From: Callorhinchus milii
Lineage: Eukaryota
Direction of reading: 5' to 3'
NCBI RefSeq assembly: GCF_018977255.1
Contig: NW_024704745.1
Span: 46,500,001 to 46,564,000 of the forward strand
Length of the DNA stretch: 64,000 bases
Shown here piece after piece: positions 38,060-48,800 of the stretch; the first letter of the stretch is position 1, and each line of letters opens with the position of its first letter. The notes below the pieces were generated by a model, which saw nothing but the letters and a program-made list of their open reading frames with translations, had not been told where the DNA came from and did no database searches. The translations under genes and the position numbers were made by a program.

Positions 38060-38580
38060 ACACTCGCTTGTTCCACGTCCCCTGCCCTGCTGCTTCAGCA
38101 GCAGCAGTCGAGCTTCAGCCTTTCTGCCCTTTCCCCATCCCTCATCCACCTTGCCCTCCACCTTTCCTGATTCCATCCTCTAGCTTGGGTACACATCCTT
38201 CACTATCTTCACAGTCCTCCCGACGTGAAAGGTGCTATATAAATGCAATTTGTTGTTGTTGTAGAGAGTGCTGTAGATAGATAAGGAGCAGGAACCCTGA
38301 CTATGTTTGCGCTTCCTAATTGCCGAGGACCAATTTAGCATCCTGGCTGATTCCAGCAATCTCAGCATGGAATGGGAATTGAATCAATGAGCTCTTGATC
38401 CACAAGCTCATCTCTACCCAATACATCATTTGGAGCTGCTTCTTGGCTGGAGAAAAGGCAAGAAGAGCTTTGCTTCCTCCCTTTCCTCCTTCAAGGCCGG
38501 TCTCAAAACCTTTCTCTTTGACCGTGCCTTCAGCTCCCCTCTCGACTCTCTTCCCCCTCCTCGCTCCCTCCCTTGTTGTT
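38060..38580 (+). mobile_element. Two short L2 3' fragments (38060-38262, 38469-38580)
   Basis: Match the L2 3' UTR and tail sequence with (TTG)n. Confidence 0.65.
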
Positions 38581-39158
38581 GTAAAGGTTGGAAAGCAAAC
38601 TACTTGCCTCAAATCAACCATTGTCTTGGGAAATGCAATTTTGAAAAAAATTGTAGAAAATTGCACAATTCCAGGCACAACCCAAAGGTTCAATTAGCAC
38701 AGAAATACTCCACATCATGTTTTGGTTTCTCTGAGATTTCACACCTGGGTGGAGACTGAGTGGCTAACAACAGAAGTGCAGTAAGAATGTTGGGTGGGAA
38801 GTATCCCATAATGGTGGACGTGATGAGTTTCTGAGCCTTTTTCCATTCTTTCCTTTTGTATATCTGTGTATGGATCGCTTGTATTTTAAAGAGGTTGTGC
38901 TGATTTCTCAGATGAAGTTCAGAAATAAGCTACCTTCAGGAGTTACTGCTGATGCTGCAGAAATGACCTTCAGAAATACCCAATCACCTAGCATTACAAG
39001 TCATCAACAACTCAGTGACAAAAATGACACTTTAAATGTATTTTTGTAATGTCTGTACCAAATAATGCCAGGAGAAGCCAGAGCAGCAGAGCAACAGAGC
39101 AGAAAACTTTGCTCACTTTGCTCAGTGCTTTTCTTCATTCCATTAATCAATATAGGAT

Positions 39159-40292
39159 ACAACAACAACAAGATTCCATTTATAGAGCGCCTTTCACGTT
39201 GGGAGAACGTCCCAAGGCGCTGTACAGTTGGGTCAGGACCAGGGGGGAAATGGTCAGGGTGAGGGGAGGGAAGGGAAGGGAGGAAGCGAGGAGGGGGTAG
39301 AGAGTCGAGAGGGGAGCTGAAGGCACGGTCAAAGAGAAAGGTTTTGAGACCAGCCTTGAAGGAGGAAAGGGAGGAGGCAAGGCGAAGGCACTGGGGGATA
39401 GAGTTCCAGAGCCTAGGGGCTGAGAGGCTGAAGGCCCGACCACCGATGGTAGGGCGGTTGGGTAGGGGGATGTGGAGGAGACCGGAGCCAGAGGAACGGA
39501 GGGTACGGGCAGGTAGGTAGGGGGATAGTAGGTCGGAGAGGTAGGAGGGAGCAAGGCCGTGAATGGCCTTGTAGGTGAGGATGAGGATCTTGAATTTAAT
39601 CCTCTGGGGGGTGGGGAGCCAGTGGAGGCGAGCGAGGGTGGGAGTCATGTGGTCCCGAAGCCTGGTGCGGGACAGTACACGAGCTGCAGAGTTCTGAATG
39701 ACCTGCAGCTTGTGGAGGGAGGTGGCGGGAAGGCCGGCGAGGAGAGAGTTCCCATAGTCCAGCCTTGAGGTGATAAAGGCGTGGACCAGGGTTTCAGCCG
39801 CGTGAGGGGTGAGGTAGTGCCGTAGTCTGGTGACATTCCAGAGGTGATGGAAGGCGGTGCCAGTTGTGGTGCGGATGTGAGGGAGAAAGGACAGCTCAGG
39901 GTCGAACAAAACGCCGAGGTTCCTGACCGGCTTTGAGAGGTGGAGAGTGCAGCCTTGGATGCTGATGGTGTCAGCACCTGAGGTGCGGAGGCGCTGACGT
40001 GAGCCAATCAGGAGGGCCTCAGTTTTACGCACGTTGAGCTGAAGAAAGTTGTCTCTCGTCCAGGACTCAATGTCAGACAGGCAGGCTGTCAGGACATCGG
40101 TGGTCATGGAGTTGAGGGTAGAGGAGGAAAGGTAGAGTTGGGTGTCCACATACATGTGGAAGTTAACTCCATGTCTGCGGATGATGTCACCAAGGGGGAG
40201 CATATAGAGGGTGAAGAGGAGGGGACCGAGGACAGAGCCCTGAGGGACACCGCACGAGACAGTGCGGGAGCCGGAGGAAAAACCATAGTGGT
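39159..40292 (-). mobile_element. Young 5'-truncated L2
   Basis: 399-aa RT C-terminal ORF with a damaged YADD motif (MYVDTQ); (TTG)n tail. Confidence 0.93.
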
Positions 40293-40464
40293 AATAGCAA
40301 AAAAATGCTTATTGGTATATTATCTTCATAACATTTTGTTACTATTTTGGCAACCACTCTTACGAATGGGTTGATACCTTCATGAACCCTGACTCCAACA
40401 GCATTCTGAACAAATTGAGGCAGCTGGACATAAACATCTTAGTTTCCTTATATTGGCACCAGCC

Positions 40465-40738
40465 TCCTGCCCGTCCCTTGCACCCTCCCCCCACCATCAG
40501 AGGTCATGCTTTCAGCCACTACACCCCAAAACTCTCTAACAATCTGCCTCAGTCCAGTCCCTCCGCCTTGTCCCCTCTCTCTCCTCTTTCAAGTCCCGCC
40601 TGATGACTTTCCTTTTCGACCATGCTTACGACCATCTCCCCGGCACACCCGAGCTCGGAATCAAGCTCCGCCATTGTTAAGCGCTCTGAGATGCTACCCT
40701 GCGTGGAGGGTGCTATATATGTGCAAGTTGTTGTTGTT
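40465..40738 (+). mobile_element. L2 3' end, older subfamily
   Basis: AFSHYTPKL..; tail gagatgctaccctgcgtggagggtgctat..(TTG)n. Confidence 0.8.
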
Positions 40739-41152
40739 ACTACCATTTTGTCCTAATATTACATTTTGCAAAATCAGTATTCAACTTACGCATTTTTGAT
40801 GGGAGGGACAGGAGAGCTGTTTGGATCACTCTGGCATAATTGAGCCAATTATACTTTTCTGTTATCTCTAACATGGTACTCTCCCCATACTTTCATAGCT
40901 GTCATCATTCTGAGTCCTTCCCTTTTTATGTGACTTGTTACCATTTTTTCTTTTATCTGTAAAGACAAAAACATATTACAATTTGCCTTTGCACATCCTC
41001 CCAACATGGAAGGTGCAATTTAAATGCAATTTGTTGCTGTTGTTTTTTATCTGTAAGTTCATTTAGAATCACACATAAAGTTCTATCGAAGAATGAACCT
41101 AGACAAATTGTAAGGTCCAGTATGAGGTTTTCTTTGTCTACATTAGAGCATT

Positions 41153-41806
41153 TGTTATTGTGCTGATGTGTGACAAATCATTTTGGAGAGTAGCCCTTGA
41201 GCAAGGCACACATAGTTTACATGTGGCACACATGTGGCCCATGTTTGGGATTATTGCATTTAACCCAAAATTTATGAAAAATACTTCTGGAATGAAACGA
41301 ATGGCCTCTACTTGATCTCTCCTACTGAAGACTGCAATTGTGAACTTACAAACTGGTGACTTGTGGCCAAAGCTGAGTCCTTCCTTTCTGTGATACATCA
41401 TTTTAAAAAATCAAAACAATGCAACACCAAAGCTTTTTCAAATATTTCAACTTAGAACAAATTAATTGAGTGGCTGGAACCATAGTAATAAGTAATACTA
41501 GTAATAAGTAATACATAGTAATAGTAATAAGATACATTCAAAATAGGGAACAATGGAGATGGTAGTGGGGAGAGAGGAAGGGGTTAACAAAGAAATTCCC
41601 TCAGACTGTACCATTGCGATTATATTGCATCCCTTGGCTTCAACACAATTGGTGAATTCCCAAAGGGACAGATTGTGATGGGCAATTGGAGCGCAAAGGT
41701 GTGAAAGAAGCACTGTGAAAGTTCATTGGGGCAGCAGAGCGAAGAAAGACACTGCAGTGAAGTTGGGGTAATCACTATTATCAATGGTTAATACCTTCAT
41801 GAGGCC
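41153..41806 (-). repeat. Unclassified ~650-bp non-coding element, copy 2 (inverted)
   Basis: Homologous to 25500-26165. Confidence 0.8.
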
Positions 41807-41814
41807 ATGGAAAG

Positions 41815-42367
41815 TTTTAAAAGTGAGCACAAAGATTTTTAACTATCTTCTGGGGGATGGGTAACCAGTGGAACCGGGCAAGGATGGAGCTGATACATTT
41901 ACGGAGCTTGGTGTGGGCGGACGGCCACCTCACATTCACCGAACCAGTGCACAATCTAGGCGTCTGCTTCGACCCCCACGTGTCCTTCCTCCCCCACATC
42001 TGGTCCAAGACCAGGACCACCTTCTTCCACCTCCGCACATTGCCCATCTCTGACTGTACCTTACCCCAAATGCAGCCGAAACTCTTGTGCATGCGCATGT
42101 CACCTCCCGCCTAGATTACTCAAATACACTTCACGCCAATCTCCCCAGCTCCACTATTCAAAAGATCCAGCTCATTCAAAACTCTACCGCCCACATACTG
42201 ACCTGGACCAAACTCCGTATCCACATCTCACCAGTTCTGATCAGGCTCCACTGGCTCCCCATCACCGAACAGATGGACTTCAAGATTGTGGGAAAGGACA
42301 CAAGCTGCGGAGTTCTGAATAATCTGCAGACTGTGGAGGGAAGAATTGGGAGGACCGACAAGTAAGG
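41815..42367 (+). mobile_element. L2 fragment with a short inverted duplicated piece (42291-42367)
   Basis: NLGVCFDPHVSF..SRLDYSN..LHWLP on +, followed by a - strand copy of the QIIQNSAA region. Confidence 0.75.
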
Positions 42368-42379
42368 AGTTAGCATAAA

Positions 42380-42598
42380 CTCCACACGCCTAATAATAAT
42401 CCCTCCAAAAACCAAAAACAATAATTAAATTGGTCATTTTCAATCTACGACTGTTTGTGGGACATTGCTGTGCGCAATTGGCTGCCGCGTTCGCCCACAA
42501 ATATACAGTCAATTCACTTTACACTGTGTTCTGTGAAGCGCTTTGGGACGTCCTCCCGACGTGAAAAGCGCTATATCAAATGCAAGGATTATTTATTT
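42380..42598 (+). mobile_element. 5'-truncated young SINE
   Basis: Starts at actccacacgcc; young tail. Confidence 0.85.
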
Positions 42599-42849
42599 TA
42601 TTAATCGAACCTGGATGTGATGAATGCATGGATGAGGGATTCAGCGGCTTGAGGGGAGAGGCAGTGGTGGAGCCGGGCGATGTTGCAGACATGGGGGAAT
42701 ATAGAATGGGTAATAGCATGAATGTAGGGTTTAAAGGACAATTGAGGGTTAAATAAGATGCCAAGACTCAATGAGGTGTAGAGGGTTTCAAAGACTGGTA
42801 ATGCTGTCAGCACCCAAAGTATGGAGGCTCTGACGGTGGCAAGAAGGAA

Positions 42850-43085
42850 TATAGGAACATAGGAATTAGGAACAGGAGTAGGTCATTCGGCCCCTCGAGT
42901 CTGCCCCGCCATTCAATAAGATCATGGCTGATCTTCTAACCTAACTCCATCTGCCCGCCTTATCCCCATATCCCTTAATCCCTCTATCCTTTAGAAACCT
43001 ATCAATCTCAATATTGAATATATGTTCAAGGACTGAGCATCCACATCCTTCTGGGAGAGAGAATTTCATAAATTCACTACCCTAA
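42850..43085 (-). mobile_element. CR1 3' end
   Basis: aggaacataggaattaggaacaggagtaggtcattcggcccctcgag; similar CR1 3' remnants at 1505-1650(+), 11455-11690(+), 12170-12400(+), 26167-26240(-), 27280-27372(+), 31638-31760(-), 58545-58830(-) and 62490-62690(+). Confidence 0.7.
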
Positions 43086-43479
43086 GGAAACTTCTGTTAA
43101 CCCTGCAAGCCAAAGCCCTAACAGATAGGATGGTCCTCGCTTGCCAGACAGCGACATCAAGGGCAAGCTCTGCCGCTTTAGCTCCAGCAGTACCCCAACG
43201 CGCACTCTGCCAAACTGCGTCTAATACTTTCCGAAAGTAGGGAAGCCGGACGTGTCCCTCGGGAGTGTGCATTCCATTCCAACAGCCATCCCTGGGATTC
43301 CCATGTTTGGTGGGTGTACGGCGATCTCAGTTTGGTTTGGATACTCATAAGCAATGATGATGGGTTTCCTGATGTGTCAGACACCCACAGAGCTGCCCCC
43401 AAACAGCCACCAGATGAGCAGCTGCTCCTCCTCATCATCATCATCATCAACAGCAGCAGCTTCGCTCATTGTTACACGA

Positions 43480-44070
43480 ACAAAGGGCTCCGACACCGTG
43501 ACGTGTGACGTGACGTGCACGCCGTGACGTATGACGTGAGCACGCCATTCGTGGCGACGGCGTCGTCAGGGCGACCGGCGTCACCGGAGCGACCGGCACC
43601 GGGTAAGGAGGCGGCGGCGGCGGCGCGGACACCTCAGGTACCTGCAGACCGCGGGGTGGGGTGGGGCGGCGGCCCCTCCACAAGCCGCTTCTCTCGGCAC
43701 TTGTGAAGCCAGTTGGCGGAGGCGGCGGTTCCCGGGAGCGGCCCCCCCCCCCCCCCCCCTCCCCCGGTGCCGGGCGCGGGGTCAGGTCGCGGCCTCGCTG
43801 TCGTGTCTCGGCCCCGGGATCGGGGGGTGTCGGCTCCGGCCAGCGGTCTGGCCTTTGCCTCTTGGCCTGGCGCCGGGCGGCCTGAGCCTCGGCTGCCGTG
43901 TGAGCTGAGCCCGGGCCCTGGTGAGAAGCCCAGGTCGACGGTGTGTGCGGCTGAACGACCTGTGTCCCACATACACAGACACCCACACGGGTTACCATCG
44001 CAGCAACTCGCCAGGGGAGGGAACCGTGACCAGTGCAGCTTTTCAGCGGAGTTGGAGAAGGAAGGAAGGG
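43480..44070. promoter_or_regulatory. CpG island, probable ARL13B promoter and non-coding first exon
   Basis: The only strongly CpG-rich non-repeat stretch. It contains five TGACGT motifs (43499-43537), GC boxes, and candidate donors GG|gtaagg (43603) and CTG|gtgaga (43921). Confidence 0.75.
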
Positions 44071-44409
44071 AAGAAAGTACCTCCGTGGCCACTCATGGCA
44101 TTGCTGTACTTGATAAAAGTTATCTCTCGTGTCGGGGAGAGTTTACAGGGTGTTTGCTGCACATCGGTTTGCCACTGCAACTGCATCCTCTTTTGTAAAT
44201 AAAGACGGTTTGGCCAACACGGTGCCTGTTCTGGTCTGAGATGCACGTGCTTGATTTTTTAACCCTAGTCTGTTACCTTGAGTGCACTTTAATTTGCTTC
44301 GCTGCATCTCTGTGAATGTCAGGGACCTGAGCTTGGGTTTGGCATCAAGAGGCGTGGAGGGCAGGGAGGGTCAGGGCAGGGGGGGGGGTGACCAAAATGA
44401 AACAATAAT

Positions 44410-44730
44410 TCAAATAATAATAATAATCCTTGCATTTGATATAGCGCTTTTCACGTCGGGAGGTCGTCCCAAAGCGCTTCACAGAATATACTGTTAAGTG
44501 AATTGACTGTATATTTGTGGGCGAACGCGGCAGCCAATTGCGCACAGCAATGTCCCACAAACAGTCGTAGATTGAATATGACCAATTTATTATTGTTTTG
44601 TTTTGGAGGGATTATTATTAGGCTCTGTGTGGAGTAAGGAAACTTGCCCAAGGTTTCGCCCTGTCTGGAATTGAACTCAGGTCTCTCGCTTGCAAAGCGA
44701 GTGCTCTAACCACTGAGCTACAGGACTCCA
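44410..44730 (-). mobile_element. Young short-form SINE, full length
   Basis: Near-identical to 7955-8266. Confidence 0.9.
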
Positions 44731-45794
44731 CAAATGTAAATAAATAATGTAAATAAAATGTAAAGCCAGTAACAGCTAATTGTCAAGTTCTGCTTTGTTT
44801 GGAGATTTAGTCCTTTTTTTGTTACATTTCGCTTTTATTCTAGTAGTGCTTGTGAGGCTTGGCATAAGTGCTTTGTTTTCTATAAAGCACATGTCTTTGA
44901 CATGTATTCAGTCCGTGTGATATATGAATAGTATTAAGCATTAATATTAGCTCTGCCTACTATTTGAGCTGTGAAGTACAGAAATTACGATTGATTCTAT
45001 GTACAAAGTTGTATATGTTTTTTACTCCCATTTTTCTTTACTCCAGAAGCTGCTTGACACGGATCTTGGCAAATGTAGCTGTGCGACAGAATATAGCAGA
45101 AAGATGGGATCTGCATGATAGTGGGGTTTGTGCACCATATTATTTTTTTACCCAAGAGTGTTTTCTAACATTGTCAACGTGCCGTTGCCTCATCATTTCT
45201 TATACAATATCCTATTTTCTCTTTCTAGTGATGTAGTTTAAAAACATAAAATAAATAACAACAATTTTTATTTATTTACTTTTGAGTAAGCGATTAGTTT
45301 GTTTACTTATGGAAGATTGTAATAACTTGCACTTATACTGTACCTTTCATGGGAAATAAATACATTTTATTTTTTACAAATAGAATTCAACTATTAATGG
45401 AGATCAAGTAAAAGTCCATGTGCCTTTGATATAACAAAAATAACTAATCTTAAAATTCATTTGTGGTTAGGATGTATGCATGGAAACAGGAGGTAAAGTA
45501 TTTTTTTTCTGGAGAGCCTTGAATGATAATATGCTGGATATATTTTTGGAATGAAATATTGTGTGTGCTAAATAATAAAGTAGAGGATGCCTCTTTTTCC
45601 CCAAGTCTGCAGATTGGAATAAATTCATGGTATACTAATGTCCCATATATGAGGAGTTATTACTCTGTACAGAAGGAATTCAATATCTGAAGTTGTTTTA
45701 AATCTTATGTTGATTTTCCTCTCGTTCCAGATGTTTAATTCTCAATGGTTGTATGCTCATCCTAAATTCTCTACTCACAGAATTCGTAAAAGAT

Positions 45795-45853
45795 ATGTTT
45801 AGCCTCATGGCTAACTGCTGCACTTGGGTAAGACTATGGCGAGAACCTGTCAG
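45795..45853 (+). CDS. ARL13B: ARL13B coding exon 1
   Basis: [20 protein letters not shown], donor AG|gtatga; upstream acceptor ctcacag| at 45780. Confidence 0.93.
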
Positions 45854-48800
45854 GTATGATTTCAAATAATTCTGCTCCAATAGTGTCTCAGAAAGCTTAA
45901 CACTGTAGCCTGACACCGAGCTGGGGAAGGTTACCTTTAGGCACAGTTGAAGAGGAGGTTAAAGAGGGGGCAAGGTGAAGGGATTGAGGCAGAGAGTTCC
46001 ATAGTTTTGGGGCCAGAAGGCTGTGGGCTCAACTATATTGGGGCTCACATAGTCTGGAACTCTCCAATGCAGGGTCGACGGTATACCTTATTGTTGGAAA
46101 TGTCAACTTTGGATGATATGTTAAACCGATGCCCCTGTCTGCCTGTTCAGGTGGATGTTAAATATCCCATGGCACTATTCAAAATGAGAAAGGACCTGGT
46201 CAATTATCCTCCCACTAAAATTGGTCATTCACATCTTGGCGTTGTGTGGGTTCCAGGCAGGGCAAAACCTTGGGCAAGTTTCCTTACTCCACACGCCTGA
46301 TAATAATCCCTCCAAAACAAAAAACAATAATAAATTGGTCATTTTCAATCCACGATTATTTGTGGGACACTGCTGTGTGCAATTGGCTGCCGCGTTTTGC
46401 CCACAAATATACGGTCAATTCACTTTACAGCATATTCTGTGAAGCGCTTTGAGATGTCTAGAAGACATGAAAAGCGCTATATCAAATGCAATGATTATTA
46501 AATTGGCAGCCACATTTGCTTAAAAATACACAATTCACTTTATAGTAAATGTCATGAAGCCTTTTGAGATGTCTCAACGATGTGATAATATGTTCTTATC
46601 GGCAAGGAAAATATAATGACTAATGGGTATTGAGGCTGGATGTAAAGAATAAAAACATATAAATTTTCTGCACAGGAAGAGGCTATGTGACGCATCATGT
46701 CTAAAATACTACCTGATTTTCTAAATCACTTTTTATATAAATCCCATTTTCCTGGTCTCTTTCAATATCGTTTAATGTTTTACAGTTCAAGTGCTTATCC
46801 TGTTCTTTTGAATGATTCTGTTGATTACAGCCTCAGAAAGCCCTTGTAATGAATTCCCAGATGTGATGATACATTCTGTACAATTGGAATAGCAATTTGT
46901 ACTTGTATAGTTCCTTTAATGTAAACAAACATCTTGAAGATCTGTGTGGAAACTCAAGCAAGATGGGGAAATATGGGAGTAAGAGGAATGTGCCAAAGAG
47001 GGAGTTTTGAAGTGTTTTGAAGGCATGGGGGGAGGACGTGAGATTGTAAGAATTCCGTAAAACAAATGTGTAGTACTGTAAGTACTAAACTTGCATCACT
47101 GAACCAACATTGCAGCTGAAGAACTTCAGAGAATTTATTGCAATCTGTAGGTTAATCTATTTCTTTTTTACAGTGTAGCACATACAAAAAGTATCTTTTG
47201 TAAATGAGTATAGTAAATTGGAAATTCCGTGCATTTTTTTTAGGAAGGTAACAATAGTATTGGTGGGATTGGATAATGCTGGGAAAACTGCTACTGTAAA
47301 AGGAATTCAAGGAGGTAAGAAATTAAGTGTTTTTGTAAATTGATTTTGATGGTTATGTTGACATATGGCTGAAACACAATAATAAACACTGATAGAAAGT
47401 AATAACCCTTGTAACCCCTAATTTGTAAAGCTCAGTTTGGGCTTCCATTCAAATTCAGACATACAGATACTCATTGTACTGGCCTACCTCTGAGAATCTT
47501 AGGCATTTAGAGTAGTTCATACTGAACATACTGCTTAATACTAGGCTTCTATGCTTGCATCTTAAGAAATTTTAGAGTGGGCCTTTTTTCATATGAATAA
47601 AGAGAAGTGTGTTAAGCATTGTGTAAAACAAATCCAATGATTCAGTTCTTTACCAGAAAAAAATGCATTCGTAATACAGCAACAACCCTAACAAATTGCA
47701 TTCATATAGCGCTTTTCACGTTGGGAGGATGTCCCAAGGCTCTGGAAAAACAGGGTAACTGTAATAACACTGCTTTTTAATGTGAAAGCCCAGTACACCC
47801 AGCATCTGTACTGACTAGCTATTTCATTTCCTAAACGTTGCCTAAGTTCTCAAAGAAAGTGGCATCAGAGATTTTTCTGACTTGTGTGTAGAACACAGGA
47901 TGTTATGTGAATAATGCACAGCAATGCACAGTGACCACATGGTGATCTGGAAGGTGGCTATTTATTTATTTGTGTCTCACGAATAACGTGCCGCTAAGAC
48001 ATTGGATCCAGCTATCTGCGCTTATAAAAATTACCTACAGGAAATCTTATTGGTAATGATCAAACCATCTATTAGTTCTTAGCCTCGTCTCTTCGAGTAA
48101 GTGCACAAATTTACTGCTATTTTGTTTCACAGACCCTCAAGAAGATATAGCTCCTACTGTGGGATTTTCCAAAATTGACATAAAACGGGACAGATTTGAA
48201 GTAACCATCTTTGACCTGGGAGGAGGGAAACGAATTCGAGGAATTTGGAAGAATTATTATGCTGAATGTTATGGAATTATTTTTGTTGTTGACTCAAGTG
48301 ATGTTGACAGACTGGAAGAAACCAAAAATACTGTGACTGAAGTTCTAAGGCATCCCAGGATATCAGGGAAACCTGTACTAGTGTAAGTGTCCCTGCTGAA
48401 CATATAATAAAGTATTTTGCAGGTTTTTCTATTAATTATCTTGTGCAAAGCTAATATGCATTTTTTTAAAAAGCTAAATATACTAATGATTTATCACACA
48501 TGTTCAAATCCTATATCCTATTTCTTATGCCAATCACTTATAACTAGGTTTGACAGTTATGTGGATTATGTGGTTTGAATGAGTTTATAAAGAAAAATAA
48601 ACTTCATGGAAAACAACAACTTGCACTTATAAAGCGCCCTCCTCTCAGGGTAGTGTCTCAGAGCGATTAACAGTGGCACAGCTTGACACTAAGCCCCGGG
48701 GGAGGTGGCTGCAAGCACAGTTTAACAGGAAAGTTTTCAAGCGGGATTTGAAAGAGGGGACAAGGTGGAGGGATTGATTGAGAGTGTTCCAGAGTTTTGG

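Noticed and set aside
43100-43450. Possible PROS1 first exon on - upstream of ARL13B
   Set aside because: No convincing signal peptide, propeptide or donor in any frame, and no downstream Gla exon
43447-44202. Multiple overlapping 60-180 aa ORFs in the CpG island
   Set aside because: Expected from high GC and few stop codons; no domain similarity
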